A stretch of DNA of 32,000 nucleotides from Candidatus Electronema halotolerans (lineage in GTDB: Bacteria > Desulfobacterota > Desulfobulbia > Desulfobulbales > Desulfobulbaceae): positions 1,260,001-1,292,000 of the forward strand of contig OW818675.1 in the NCBI GenBank assembly GCA_942493095.1, written 5' to 3'. The notes beneath the pieces are model-generated. The model ran no database searches, was not told the origin of the DNA, and saw nothing but the letters and a program-made list of their open reading frames with translations. Made by a program: the position numbers and the translations under genes. Shown one piece after another: positions 1-8,868 of the stretch (within the stretch, counting starts at the first letter, position 1; the number at the start of each line of letters is the position of its first letter).

Positions 1-835
1 GCACCTCAACCTCTTGAATATTGGCCTCCTGCGCCTGGCTGAACACGGTTTCCAGTACCTCGATTTTCGAGGCCAGCAGTTCCGGGGCAAGCTGGACTTT
101 GATCACCTCGCCGCTGCGGGCCGCATCGGGCTGGGCCGGAGCCATGACATTGGGCCGCACCGTCGCCATTTGCGGGCGGGACTGCGGGCATTCAATGGTG
201 GCCATGATGTTGCCGCCAAAGGCCGGGCGGGTTTGCAGGAGCACGCCGTCTTCCGGGCGGACAGCCAAGGCAGTGCAGTCAGCGGTCAGACCCGCGCCTA
301 AAGCATTTGCCACCTGCGGGATGACCGAGCGGCCTATGGCGGTTGCTCCGGCCAGCACCACTTCCGGCTTGTACTGGACAATCATATATTCCAGCACCTT
401 GCCGTACACATCTTCTCGATACTGAGCCAAGGCCGGATCATCGGCCAGCAGGACTTTGTCCGCACCAGCAGCGATCAGGTCAGCAGTTTTATTCTCAACA
501 TCGGCTCCGAGCAAAACGGCGGTCAATGCAGTGCCGCGCTGGTCAGCCAGCTTTCTGCCAATGCCAAGCAGCTCAAAGGCCACTGGCGCAATGCTGCCGT
601 GCCGGGCTTCGGCAAAGACCCAGATGCCGGACCATGCAGACAGATCGCTTGGCGCGACTTTCTCGGCGGTTTCAATGCGCAGAGCACCCGGCTCGCAGTT
701 GTCCACGCAGGAGCCGCAGAGGGTGCAGTTGTCGCCGACTGCGGCAACGCCGTCTTTGAGGGTGATGGCTCCAAAGGCGCAGTTGGCTTCGCAAACTCCG
801 CAGCCGATACATAAGGTGGTGTCAATTATGAGCAT
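1..835 (-). CDS. etfA: Electron transfer flavoprotein alpha subunit with N-terminal 2x[4Fe-4S] ferredoxin domain; runs off the window start
   Basis: Reverse complement from ATG at 835..833 reads MLIIDTTLCIGCGVCEANCAFGAITLKDGVAVVGDNCTLCGSCVDNCEPGAL..., followed by an EtfA-like N-terminal domain. Absent from the ORF track because it has no stop inside the window. Confidence 0.88.
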   Translation of the reverse strand, partial: MLIIDTTLCIGCGVCEANCAFGAITLKDGVAAVGDNCTLCGSCVDNCEPGALRIETAEKVAPSDLSAWSGIWVFAEARHGSIAPVAFELLGIGRKLADQRGTALTAVLLGADVENKTADLIAAGADKVLLADDPALAQYREDVYGKVLEYMIVQYKPEVVLAGATAIGRSVIPQVANALGAGLTADCTALAVRPEDGVLLQTRPAFGGNIMATIECPQSRPQMATVRPNVMAPAQPDAARSGEVIKVQLAPELLASKIEVLETVFSQAQEANIQEVEV

Positions 836-841
836 ATTTCG

Positions 842-1369
842 TTATAAATTTCTAAAAAATTCTTCGCGTTCAGATTGGGGCATTGCTTTAATTGCTTTCA
901 TTTCATCCGCTGAAAAGACTTGACACCGTACTTCTGCGCTAATACCAACTGAGACTGCAACACCAACAAAAACTTTCTCTAAGAACCGTAAAACGTACTG
1001 ACTGGTCGTACTGCTTGGATTAAGAATAACATGATGAATATTTTCATGAGCGGCTATTTTTTTCGCTCCCTTCTGCAAATCAATGGGCGTAACAACAATC
1101 CCGCCTTGGGCACCTGTATCTTGAATACTGTAGGCAAGTGAGCCAAGTATTGCTTGATTAAGCCGACCTTTTCGATGCTTACATTCAACAATCAGAAAGC
1201 CTTCGCCATTCTTGGAAACACCTTTGGCATCAAGTTCCCAATCCGTGCCAGACGCTCCTGTAACACACTGCTTCCCTTCTACGCATTCAAGGCCAAAGTG
1301 CTCTGCAAATTCATTCAGCAGATACGTTGCAACCTCTTCGTATGATTGCCACGCTTTTTTTTCAGACAT
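842..1369 (-). CDS. Mrr/PD-(D/E)xK-like restriction endonuclease-family protein
   Basis: MSEKKAWQSYEEVATYLLNEFAEHFGLEC...WELDAKGV...FLIVECKHRKG; D...ExK nuclease signature. ORF could start at 1408, but the internal Met at 1369 is more plausible. Confidence 0.6.
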   Translation of the reverse strand: MSEKKAWQSYEEVATYLLNEFAEHFGLECVEGKQCVTGASGTDWELDAKGVSKNGEGFLIVECKHRKGRLNQAILGSLAYSIQDTGAQGGIVVTPIDLQKGAKKIAAHENIHHVILNPSSTTSQYVLRFLEKVFVGVAVSVGISAEVRCQVFSADEMKAIKAMPQSEREEFFRNL

Positions 1370-1404
1370 TGCCACACCTTCTATCAAATACCATAAATAA
1401 CCAA

Positions 1405-1830
1405 TCATGCAAATGGATTGACTATTTTTGTCCTCTCAAGGACAAAACCATCTTGCATATCTTCGGAATATAAAATGTCTGCGCCGCTTTGGACAGCACA
1501 GACAACAACAAGGCTATCCCAGAAAGAAAAATTATGATTCTCGCGTAGCTCTGAAGATTTTATCAGAATTTCCTTGTCAATCCCTACTACTTCATATCTG
1601 TCATAAAAACTCTGAATAAGTTCTCTCGCTTCTCCCTCGGAAAACTTAACCTTTCTGATAAGATTGGAGCAAACTTCGTTTATTATCTGCGTACTGACCG
1701 CAATTGATTGATTTTGAATCAAAGCTGTTGCGATATTCGCCTTGCGAGCATCTTGTGTCTCGATAAAAGCATACAGCCAGATATTCGAGTCAACAAAGCA
1801 AATCCCGCTTTGTTCATCAGCCACGGTCAT
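1405..1830 (-). CDS. PIN-domain ribonuclease toxin (VapC-like)
   Basis: FVDSNIWLYAF ... STQIINEVCSNLIRK ... NHNFSFWDSLVVVCAVQSGADILYSEDMQDG: acidic residue pattern and order of the PIN fold. Confidence 0.85.
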   Translation of the reverse strand: MTVADEQSGICFVDSNIWLYAFIETQDARKANIATALIQNQSIAVSTQIINEVCSNLIRKVKFSEGEARELIQSFYDRYEVVGIDKEILIKSSELRENHNFSFWDSLVVVCAVQSGADILYSEDMQDGFVLERTKIVNPFA

Positions 1831-2035
1831 ATATTTCTTCTCGCGTCAACGGTTTAAAATCAGGAATTTTCAAAGGGGATTTCAGCAAGCGGTCAATCAT
1901 GTCAGAAGCCGCTTCCACAGCATCCTCTTTCAGCAGGATCACCTTCACAGTGCTGCTTTGAATCTTCCTTCTGTAGCGTTCAGGAATTTCAATGACACCG
2001 TTTTTTATTCTTGTGCTGAATTCAATCGCATACAT
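1817..2035 (-). CDS. Small antitoxin-like protein, partner of the PIN protein
   Basis: 72 aa, MYAIEFSTRIKNGVIEIPERYRRKI...VKVILLKED; SpoVT/AbrB- or DUF104-like N-terminus, overlaps the PIN start by 14 bp. Confidence 0.7.
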   Translation of the reverse strand: MYAIEFSTRIKNGVIEIPERYRRKIQSSTVKVILLKEDAVEAASDMIDRLLKSPLKIPDFKPLTREEIYDRG

Positions 2036-2036
2036 A

Positions 2037-2816
2037 TCACAAATACCCCCGAATCTCCTCCACCAACTGCGCCACCTGCTCCGCTGCTGTACCGGAGAAC
2101 ATCCTCCGATTGCCGCGTGGCTCCGGCGAGAAGACCCGCGCTACTTTGGTCGGCGAACCAGCCAGACCGATGCACTGCGCATCCGCGTGAATATCCGCAG
2201 CAGAGAGCACCCGGATTTCCGCTTTCTTCGCCTTCATCTTGCCCTTGAGCGAAGCCACCCGTGGCTCGTTGATGTCCTTGACCACGGTCAGCAAGGCAGG
2301 CAGAGGCAGCTGCACAACGTCGTAGCCGTCATCCATCATCCGCTCCACCCGGAGAAAATCTGCCGTTGCCTCACGGGTTTTCTGCACACAGGTGATGTAG
2401 GGTAGCTTGAGCTGTGTCGCCATACCCGGCCCGACTTGGGCGGTGTCGCCATCAATGGCCTGCTTGCCGCAGAGAATCAGATCAAAGTCGCCCAAAGCCT
2501 GCACGGCCTTGGCCAAGGTGTAGGAAGTCGCCCACGTGTCCGCCCCGGCAAAGGCCCGGTCAGAAACCAGCACACCCTCATCCGCGCCACACGAGATCGC
2601 CTCCAGCAGCACATCCTTGGCTTGCGGCGGCCCCATAGACAGAACCGTCACGCTGCCGCCGAGCTGCTCCTTGAGCCGCACCGCCTCTTCCAAGGCATGA
2701 CGGTCAAAGGGATTCATGATCGCGGCCACGCCTTCCCGCGCCAAGGTGTTGGTCTTGGGATCAAGGCGCACATCCTTGGCATCCGGCACCTGCTTGATGC
2801 AGACAATGATCTTCAT
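2037..2816 (-). CDS. etfB: Electron transfer flavoprotein beta subunit
   Basis: MKIIVCIKQVPDAKDVRLDPKTNTLAREGVAAIMNPFDRHALEEAVRLKE...DLILCGKQAIDGDTAQVGPGMA; characteristic EtfB sequence. Confidence 0.95.
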   Translation of the reverse strand: MKIIVCIKQVPDAKDVRLDPKTNTLAREGVAAIMNPFDRHALEEAVRLKEQLGGSVTVLSMGPPQAKDVLLEAISCGADEGVLVSDRAFAGADTWATSYTLAKAVQALGDFDLILCGKQAIDGDTAQVGPGMATQLKLPYITCVQKTREATADFLRVERMMDDGYDVVQLPLPALLTVVKDINEPRVASLKGKMKAKKAEIRVLSAADIHADAQCIGLAGSPTKVARVFSPEPRGNRRMFSGTAAEQVAQLVEEIRGYL

Positions 2817-2824
2817 ATTCTTGT

Positions 2825-3976
2825 TTATGCGTATTCCCGATTGAGTTCCTGGCCAATGACGTTGCGCTGAATCTGATTGGTGCCCTCGTAAATCTGGAGG
2901 ATTTTCGCGTCGCGCATCATCTTTTCAACCGGATATTCCTTCATATAGCCATAGCCGCCCATGACCTGCACCGCGTCGGTGGTCACTTTCATGGCCACGT
3001 CCGTGGCAAAGACCTTGCATATTGACGAAACCTTGCTTGCGTCGCTGGGATGCGCGTCAATGTGCCGAGCCGCGCCATAAACTAAAGCGCGGGCTGCCTC
3101 AGTTTGTATAGCCATATCCGCCAAAAGATGCTGCACAGCCTGGAAGTGAATGACCGGCTTGCCGAACTGGACCCGCTGCTTGGCATACGTGGCGGCCTCA
3201 TCCAGCGCAGCCTGCGCCAGTCCCACGCCAAGGCTGGCAATGCCGGGCCGGGACACGTCCAGCGTTTTCATCACCGTGATGAAGCCAGTGCCTTTCCTGC
3301 CAATCAGCCGGTCTTTGGGAATCCGGCAGTCCTTCATGATCAGCTCGCGGGTGGCGGAAGAACGGATGCCCATCTTGTTTTCTTTCTTGCCGTAAGAAAA
3401 ACCAGGGTCGCCGTCCTCAACCACAAACATCGAGGCCCCGCGAATGCCTTTTTCCGGGTTGGTCAGGGCAATGACGGAATAAATCTGGGCCTCGCCGCCA
3501 TTGGTGATCCACTGCTTGGTCCCGTTCAGCACCCAATAATCACCGTCGTCAACCGCAGTGGTTTTGATGCCAGCGGCATCGGAGCCGGCATTGGCTTCGG
3601 TCAAACCAAAGGCGGCCAAGCTCTTGCCTTCAGCCACCGCAGGCAAATATTTCTGCTTCAGCTCCTCGCTGCCGGAAATGAGAATGGGCAGGATGCCAAG
3701 CCCGCAGGCGGCAAAGCTGGTGGCCACGCCGGTGCAGCCACGGGCCAGCTCCTCCAAGGCAAGGACAATGTCCAGCATGCCAGTGCCCATGCCGCCGTAT
3801 TGCTCCGGCACCAGCACGGAAAACAGGTCGGCCTTGGCAATGTCGCCCAGCAGCTCGGCAGCGAACTCGTTCTTCTCGTCCAGCTCGGCCCGCAGGGGAA
3901 TGATCTTCTCCTCAGCCAGCTCACGGGCGGTCTCCTTGATCATCCGCTGTTCTTCGCTCAGAAAATAATCCACCAT
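2825..3976 (-). CDS. Acyl-CoA dehydrogenase
   Basis: LAEEKIIPLRAELDE...LTEANAGSDAAGIKTTA...GYGYMKEYPVEKMMRDAKILQIYEGTNQIQRNVI; classic family motifs. Confidence 0.95.
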   Translation of the reverse strand: MVDYFLSEEQRMIKETARELAEEKIIPLRAELDEKNEFAAELLGDIAKADLFSVLVPEQYGGMGTGMLDIVLALEELARGCTGVATSFAACGLGILPILISGSEELKQKYLPAVAEGKSLAAFGLTEANAGSDAAGIKTTAVDDGDYWVLNGTKQWITNGGEAQIYSVIALTNPEKGIRGASMFVVEDGDPGFSYGKKENKMGIRSSATRELIMKDCRIPKDRLIGRKGTGFITVMKTLDVSRPGIASLGVGLAQAALDEAATYAKQRVQFGKPVIHFQAVQHLLADMAIQTEAARALVYGAARHIDAHPSDASKVSSICKVFATDVAMKVTTDAVQVMGGYGYMKEYPVEKMMRDAKILQIYEGTNQIQRNVIGQELNREYA

Positions 3977-3992
3977 GTTCTCCTTTTGCTTT

Positions 3993-4964
3993 CTACCAAT
4001 CTATGAGCATCGAACCCCAAGTGAAGCCGCCGCCAAAGGCGCAGAGCAGCAGCTTGCCGCCGGGCCGCAGCCGCCCTGCGCGCACCGCCTCATCCAAGGC
4101 AATCGGGATGCTGGCCGCTGAGGTGTTGCCGTATTTGTCAACATTGCAGAAGACCTGCCCCGGCTGCGCGCCGAGCCGGTCTGCGAGATTGTCCAAGATG
4201 CGGATATTAGCCTGATGGGGAATGATCAGGTCAATGTCACTGATTGCAAGCTGCTGCCGCTTCAGCAGTTCCAGCACTGCATTTTCCATAGCCCGGACTG
4301 CATATTTGAACACGTCCCGGCCTGACATCTGGATGACGCAGCCCTTGCTTTCCGGGTCAAGCAGGTCAGGATTGGTGCTGGCCGGGCTGTCCATGCAGAG
4401 CAGCTTCCAGAGACTGCCGTCCGAGAACAGGCAGCTATCAATGATGCCGCGTCCTGCCGCGCTGCCAAGGACGCAGGCCCCGGCTCCGTCGCCGAAAAGA
4501 ATGCAGGTGTTGCGGTCTTCCCAATCCACCCGTGCCGACAAGGTTTCCGAACCGATCAGCAGCACCTTGATTGCCGGATCAGCGGCAATGTATTTTTGCG
4601 CCACATCCAGCCCATAGAGAAAACCTGAGCAGGCGGCGTTGAGGTCAAAGGCAAAGGCCTTGGCCGCGCCAAGCTCGGTTTGGACAAAGCAGGCGCAGGA
4701 CGGCATCAGCCTATGCGGGCTGATGGTGGCGACAATGATCAGACCAAGTTCTTCCGCCGTGACTTGGGCGGCTTCCAGAGCCTGTGCTGCCGCCCGCGAG
4801 GCAAGCTGATAGTTTTGCTCGTCCGGCCCGGCAATGCGCCGGGTGCGGATGCCGGTGCGGGCGGTGATCCACTCGTCCGAGGTCTCCACCATCCGCTCCA
4901 GCTCCGCATTGGTCAGGAGCCGCTCAGGCAGGGAGGAGCCGGTGCCAAGCACTGCCGCCCGCAT
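3993..4964 (-). CDS. fabH: Beta-ketoacyl-ACP synthase III
   Basis: MRAAVLGTGSSLPERLLTNAELERMVETSDEWITARTGIRTRRI...FDLNAACSGFLYGLD...IPHQANIRI...NVDKYGNTSAASIP. Confidence 0.95.
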   Translation of the reverse strand: MRAAVLGTGSSLPERLLTNAELERMVETSDEWITARTGIRTRRIAGPDEQNYQLASRAAAQALEAAQVTAEELGLIIVATISPHRLMPSCACFVQTELGAAKAFAFDLNAACSGFLYGLDVAQKYIAADPAIKVLLIGSETLSARVDWEDRNTCILFGDGAGACVLGSAAGRGIIDSCLFSDGSLWKLLCMDSPASTNPDLLDPESKGCVIQMSGRDVFKYAVRAMENAVLELLKRQQLAISDIDLIIPHQANIRILDNLADRLGAQPGQVFCNVDKYGNTSAASIPIALDEAVRAGRLRPGGKLLLCAFGGGFTWGSMLIDW

Positions 4965-5974
4965 CAGCTCTGCCCCGCTTCCTGCTGAAGGTGCATGGTG
5001 ATGGCCCGGTTAACCCGGCATTCCACCATCTTGGCCGCCTCTTTGAGGGCGTTGCGGATCGCGACTGCCGAGGAGGTGCCGTGGCAGATGATGCCAACCC
5101 CGTTGATGCCGAGCAGGGGCGCGCCGCCGTATTCCGCATAATCCACCCGTTTGCGGAAGCTGTCAAAAGCAGGCCGAATAAAAAAGGAGGCCAAGCTGGC
5201 CTGCCATGATTTTTTGATTTCCGTCTTGAGCATCTGCTGCATCGCCTCTGCCAAACCCTCGCTGACCTTGAGAGCGATGTTGCCGACAAAGCCGTCACAG
5301 ATCACCACATCCACATTGCCGCCATAGACATCGCGGCCCTCGACATTGCCGATGAAATTCAAGCTGCTGTCCTTGAGCAAATCGTATGCCTCCTTGACTG
5401 CCGCATTGCCCTTGCCCGGCTCCTCGCCGATGCTGAGAAGACCGACACGGGGAGCGGCAGCCCGGTTGAGCAGCAGCTTGCAGCAGAACGAGGCCATGAC
5501 CGCGAACTGATAAAGATGCTGCGGACGGCAGTCAACATTGGCCCCAATGTCCGTGACCAGCACCGGCTCTTTGAGGGTGGGGAAAAAACTGGCAATGCTG
5601 GGCCGGGCAATGCCCTTGAGCCGACCAAGCTGAAGAATGGCGGCTGTCATGGTCGCCCCGGAATGACCAGCGGAAACCACAGCCTCGGCCTGGCCTTTTT
5701 TGACCAGATCAAAGCCGACCATGATGGTGGAGTCTTTTTTTCGGCGCACGGCCTCGACCGCCTCCTCTGCCATGGAAACGGTCTGAGGGGCATGAACAAT
5801 GGACAGACGCGGTTCGGCAGCTTTGCCCCGCAGGGCCAGCTCCTCACGCAGCAGCTCCTCCGGGCCGAGCAGGATCACCTCAATCCCGGAATGCTGCTCC
5901 ACCGCCTGCACTGCTCCGTCGATCAGCACCCTGCTGCCGCAGTCGCCGCCCATGGCATCAAGGGCTATTTTCAC
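4964..5974 (-). CDS. plsX: Phosphate acyltransferase PlsX
   Basis: MKIALDAMGGDCGSRVLIDGAVQAVEQ...VSAGHSGATMTAAILQLGRLKGIARPSIA...; overlaps the fabH start by 1 bp. Confidence 0.93.
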   Translation of the reverse strand: MKIALDAMGGDCGSRVLIDGAVQAVEQHSGIEVILLGPEELLREELALRGKAAEPRLSIVHAPQTVSMAEEAVEAVRRKKDSTIMVGFDLVKKGQAEAVVSAGHSGATMTAAILQLGRLKGIARPSIASFFPTLKEPVLVTDIGANVDCRPQHLYQFAVMASFCCKLLLNRAAAPRVGLLSIGEEPGKGNAAVKEAYDLLKDSSLNFIGNVEGRDVYGGNVDVVICDGFVGNIALKVSEGLAEAMQQMLKTEIKKSWQASLASFFIRPAFDSFRKRVDYAEYGGAPLLGINGVGIICHGTSSAVAIRNALKEAAKMVECRVNRAITMHLQQEAGQS

Positions 5975-5980
5975 TGCCGC

Positions 5981-6169
5981 CTATGCCAGCTCGTCCCCAA
6001 GCTGATAAATGGTTTTGCCTTTGTATTTGCCGCAGCCGGAGCAGAGCTGATGCGGCATTTTCGGCTCGCCGCACTCAGGGCAGCGGCCCACTGAGGGAGC
6101 GGTCAGGAAATCATGCGCCCGCCGGTTGCGGGTGCGGGAATGGGAATGTCTTCTTTTTGGCAGGGCCAT
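5981..6169 (-). CDS. rpmF: 50S ribosomal protein L32
   Basis: MALPKRRHSHSRTRNRRAHDFLTAPSVGRCPECGEPKMPHQLCSGCGKYKGK; L32 sequence with zinc ribbon. Confidence 0.97.
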   Translation of the reverse strand: MALPKRRHSHSRTRNRRAHDFLTAPSVGRCPECGEPKMPHQLCSGCGKYKGKTIYQLGDELA

Positions 6170-6221
6170 GAGTGTTTCTCCTTGAAAGTTCGTCTTCCTT
6201 TTGCAACAAGGAAGGAAAAAA

Positions 6222-6743
6222 TCATCTGTTCTTGTTCCATGCCGCCAAAGCGGCGAATGGAGAGTTTTCCGTCTCAGCCGCGCAGGCGCAGCTCTGGCTG
6301 TTCAAATTCGCGCCGCAGTTTGGACAAAGCCCCTGGCAGTCCGGCGAGCAGAGCTGCTTGACCGGCAGGCTGAGAAAAAGCTGCTGCCGGAGGATTTCAG
6401 TCAGATCCGCCGCAGGCTCATCCACTTCCAACAGCTCAAGCTCTGCGCTGTTGTCCAGCTCCTTGACGCTCCAGCCGTCCTCATCCTGCTCCGGCACTTC
6501 CAGCAGGAGATGGAACTCGGCAGCAACGGGAACGTCGTATTCCGTCAGGCAGCGGTCGCAGGTCAGCCGCAGCTTGGCGCGAAATGTTCCCTGCGCCTCA
6601 GCCCGGTGCGCTGCCTTGGGCCGCAGAGTCAGTTCTGCTTCTGTCGGACCAGCTACAGTCAGTCCGGCTGCGGTCAGCCACGCATCGTCAGTGAAACGGT
6701 AGTGACTGCCATTCTGAGCAATTTCGGCAAATGGAATCTTCAT
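6222..6743 (-). CDS. YceD/DUF177 family protein
   Basis: Start at Met 6743 (MKIPFAEIAQNG...); LTCDRCLTEYDVPV...CSPDCQGLCPNCGANLN; position directly upstream of rpmF. Confidence 0.85.
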   Translation of the reverse strand: MKIPFAEIAQNGSHYRFTDDAWLTAAGLTVAGPTEAELTLRPKAAHRAEAQGTFRAKLRLTCDRCLTEYDVPVAAEFHLLLEVPEQDEDGWSVKELDNSAELELLEVDEPAADLTEILRQQLFLSLPVKQLCSPDCQGLCPNCGANLNSQSCACAAETENSPFAALAAWNKNR

Positions 6744-6930
6744 GCTGGCACCTGATGCAATCTGCGGACGGGCGGCTGAAGTAAAAAATAATACACAAAA
6801 AAGACAGCTCATGCCAAGAAAAAAAGCGCGAAGCGCCGGAAATGGTCTGGATTGCTCTTTTCTTGTTTGAGGCTGGTCAGCGATGCCGTACAATAGAAAT
6901 TGAGCAAAAGTTCTTAGGCGGAGGTGAGCG

Positions 6931-8856
6931 ATGAAAAACAAAGCGCAGGCGGCAGCCCCGGAAGTTGTCAGCGAATTTCTCGGCAAAATCATGCCGTTCA
7001 AGGAACTGGCCCCAGAAACCATCCAGCAGGTGGCCAGCCAGGTCAAGGTGGATTTCTATCCCAAGGGCACCCGTCTGTTTCAAGCGGGCAAAAGCAGGAT
7101 TGATTACCTTTACCTGATTCAGCAGGGCGGGGTCAAATCCTTTATTGTTGATGACGAAGGCGTTGAAACTCTGAAGGATTTCAGAGGGGAAGGCGACTAC
7201 ATCGGCGCGCTGGGCATTATTCGCGGCACGCTGGCCAGTCTTGAGGTGGAGATGGTTGAGGACACCTTCTGCTTTCTCCTGCCCAAAGAGGTTTTTCTTG
7301 ACCTGATCAAAACCCAGCCCGGCTTTTCCCAGTATTATCTAAAGAGCTTTTCGGAAAAAGTGGTGACTGCGGCCTACAGCGAGCTGCGGCGGCACCGAAT
7401 GGGCCGGAGCAGTGACAGCAATCTCCATCTTTTTTCCATTCAGGTCGGCGACATCATCCGTCAGCCGCCGCGCAAGATTGGCGCAGATCGCAGCATCCGC
7501 GAGGCCGCAGGCAGAATGGCCGAATACCGGGTCGCCTCGCTGCTTATTCATGCGCCGGAAGACGAGGAGCAGATCATCGGCATTGTCACGGACCGCGACC
7601 TGCGCAACAAGGTGCTGGCTCCGGGCCGGGACACCAACGAAGCTGTCCAAACGGTGATGTCCGCGCCAGTTGCGACCATTCTTTCCCAGTCAACCTGCTT
7701 TGATGCCCTGATCAAGATGATGTCCGCCTCCATTCACCACTTGGCTGTGGAGCAGAAAGACCGGATCATCGGCGTGATCACCTCGCACGACATCACTCTG
7801 ATTCAGGGCCATGCGCCATACTCCATGTTCAAGGAAATCGGCAGGCAGCAAGGAATTGAAGGGCTGCATCCCCTCTCCCGTCGGCTGCCTGAGATGATCC
7901 GCAATCTGATCCGGGAAGGTGCCAGAGCCGGACATATTGCCCGGATGATCGCCATTCTCAACGATCAGATCATCGAGCGGCTGCTCACCCTGCTGGAGGA
8001 AGAGCTGGGGCCGCCGCCAGTGGATTACTGCTGGCTCTTAGTTGGTTCCGAGGGCAGGCGCGAGCAGACCTTCCGCACTGATCAGGATAATGCCATCATT
8101 TACGAAGACCCGGCGGACGAAGCGCAGACAGAGGAATGTGAAGACTACTTTTCCAAATTTGCCCGCCGGGCCATTGGTCACTTAGTCCAGTGCGGCTATC
8201 CGCTCTGTCCGGGCGGCATCATGGCGGTCAATCCGCGCTGGCGGCAGCCGCTCTCAGTCTGGAAAGGTTATTTTGAAAACTGGGCGGCCATGCCTGAGCC
8301 AAAGGAGCTGCTCAATGCGACGATATTCTATGATTTCCGGCCAGGGTTCGGCAAGGCAGCCTTGGCGGACGAGCTGCGCCAGCATCTGAACGCGGTCACG
8401 CAGCGGCAGGAGTTGTACCTCTTCCATCTTGCCAAGCAATGCCTCGGAGCCAGAGTGCCGCTCTCCTTTTTCAAGAATTTCATTGTCGAAAAGAACGGCG
8501 AGCATAAGAACAAGCTCGATATCAAGACCCAAGGGCTGACTCCCTTTGTCAACTTTGCCCGCATTCTCGCCCTCAAGCACGGCATCAGGGAGACCAACAC
8601 CTTGGCCCGGCTGCAAGTGCTGGCCAAGGAGAGCTGCCTCAGCGAGGAGCTGGTCGCCAAGGCAGTTGATGCTTATGAAATGCAGATGCAGGTGCGGCTC
8701 GTCCATCAGCTCAACCAGATGGACGCAGGCCAGCAGCCGGACAACCACATTGATCCCGCTGACCTGTCCGAGCTGGACCGGCGGCTGCTCCGCGATGCCT
8801 TTGAAGTGATTGAACGGCTGCACGGGCTGCTGCGGACCCTGTTCCCCACTGCCTGA
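6931..8856 (+). CDS. Cyclic-nucleotide-binding / tandem CBS / DUF294 nucleotidyltransferase-like signalling protein
   Basis: N-terminal cNMP-binding-like domain (FYPKGTRLFQAGKSRIDYLYLIQQGGVKSFIVDDEG), two CBS domains, then WLLVGSEGRREQTFRTDQDNAIIYED. Confidence 0.9.
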   Translation: MKNKAQAAAPEVVSEFLGKIMPFKELAPETIQQVASQVKVDFYPKGTRLFQAGKSRIDYLYLIQQGGVKSFIVDDEGVETLKDFRGEGDYIGALGIIRGTLASLEVEMVEDTFCFLLPKEVFLDLIKTQPGFSQYYLKSFSEKVVTAAYSELRRHRMGRSSDSNLHLFSIQVGDIIRQPPRKIGADRSIREAAGRMAEYRVASLLIHAPEDEEQIIGIVTDRDLRNKVLAPGRDTNEAVQTVMSAPVATILSQSTCFDALIKMMSASIHHLAVEQKDRIIGVITSHDITLIQGHAPYSMFKEIGRQQGIEGLHPLSRRLPEMIRNLIREGARAGHIARMIAILNDQIIERLLTLLEEELGPPPVDYCWLLVGSEGRREQTFRTDQDNAIIYEDPADEAQTEECEDYFSKFARRAIGHLVQCGYPLCPGGIMAVNPRWRQPLSVWKGYFENWAAMPEPKELLNATIFYDFRPGFGKAALADELRQHLNAVTQRQELYLFHLAKQCLGARVPLSFFKNFIVEKNGEHKNKLDIKTQGLTPFVNFARILALKHGIRETNTLARLQVLAKESCLSEELVAKAVDAYEMQMQVRLVHQLNQMDAGQQPDNHIDPADLSELDRRLLRDAFEVIERLHGLLRTLFPTA

Positions 8857-8868
8857 GCATCAAAAAAT

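Noticed and set aside
3104-4006. Plus-strand 300-aa ORF opposite the acyl-CoA dehydrogenase gene
   Set aside because: Antisense shadow of a clear acyl-CoA dehydrogenase in GC-rich DNA; no recognisable motifs.
5516-6094. Plus-strand 192-aa ORF opposite plsX
   Set aside because: Antisense to an unambiguous PlsX; composition-driven.
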